DNA of 60,130 bases from Alphaproteobacteria bacterium MarineAlpha6_Bin4 (GTDB lineage Bacteria > Pseudomonadota > Alphaproteobacteria > GCA-002720895). Under the pieces are notes generated by a model. That model made no database searches. It saw only the letters and a program-made list of their open reading frames with translations, and was not told the origin of the DNA. The stretch covers positions 1 through 60,130 of the forward strand of contig PTKO01000002.1 of assembly GCA_002937775.1 (NCBI GenBank), read 5' to 3'. The position numbers were made by a program, and so were the translations under genes. This document shows, piece by piece, positions 59,949 through 60,130 of this stretch; positions within the stretch are counted from its first letter, which is position 1, and every line of letters begins with the position of its first letter.

Positions 59949-59959
59949 ATTTTAATATT

Positions 59960-60130
59960 ATGAACAAATTTAAATTATCACATTTTTTTTTATTTTTATT
60001 TTTTTCATTTATAAATATTGATTTTATAAATGCTGGATATGGGAGCAAAGAAATAGGTACAGAAAAAGAAAAGAAAGGTTTTAAAGAAATAGATTTAAAT
60101 AATGATGGAAAAATTGATTATTATGAATTT
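59960..60130 (+). CDS. Secreted EF-hand protein, N-terminal fragment (runs off the right edge)
   Basis: Not in the ORF track. The ATG at 59960 gives MNKFKLSHFFLFLFFSFINIDFINAGYGSKEIGTEKEKKGFKEIDLNNDGKIDYYEF. This is a signal-peptide-like start plus a canonical DxNxDGxIDxxE calcium loop. Confidence 0.5.
   Translation, partial: MNKFKLSHFFLFLFFSFINIDFINAGYGSKEIGTEKEKKGFKEIDLNNDGKIDYYEF

Noticed and set aside
1-60130. Searched by eye for CRISPR arrays, tandem or interspersed repeats, tRNA/rRNA/tmRNA genes, transposases, integrases, phage genes, toxin-antitoxin pairs and known defence genes.
   Set aside because: None found. The longest non-coding stretches are about 150 bp (23664-23819 and 27995-28140) and lack repeat structure or tRNA-like folds. 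A computational repeat, tRNA and ncRNA scan is still advisable.

Overview
The window is very AT-rich and extremely gene-dense. I call about 68 CDS. Most spacers are under 100 bp, and many gene pairs overlap by 4-14 nt. The gene order follows alphaproteobacterial core synteny: nusA-infB-rbfA-truB-rpsO-pnp; miaB-ybeZ-ybeY-corC-lnt-metK-trmB; trpS-murJ-glnD; grpE-dnaK-dnaJ; pntAA-AB-B; hisBHAFE; hslVU; secB. The lysine-rich proteins and the degree of compaction suggest a streamlined marine Pelagibacterales (SAR11)-like genome. That assignment is inference from reading the sequence, not a database result.

All protein calls rest on motif and family recognition in the supplied translations plus synteny. 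No searches or computations were run. I saw no rRNA, tRNA, CRISPR array, transposase, integrase, prophage or obvious defence genes. No spacer is long enough to hide a structured RNA gene.

Three regions do not look like plain housekeeping:
- 54.5-59.9 kb: a five-gene translationally coupled operon (GT2, PNP/MTAN-like, NodU-type carbamoyltransferase, TPR::GT9-like fusion, SPL-family radical SAM). This is my best candidate for an undescribed system.
- 23.7-28.1 kb: a phosphate/arsenic module. It holds a Pho-box-like site, an orphan pstS, a terminator-like hairpin abutting arsC, an overlapping MIP channel, a small membrane ORF, a cupredoxin-like ORF and an OprO/P-type porin.
- 31.1-34.5 kb: a UDP-xylose synthase-like gene followed by a coupled unknown GT-like / DUF2244 / EamA string.

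Other points worth a look are a full-length glnD (unexpected if this is SAR11), a terminator/attenuator hairpin 12 nt upstream of nusA with no rimP, and shared RpoH-type promoter candidates upstream of dnaK and hslV.
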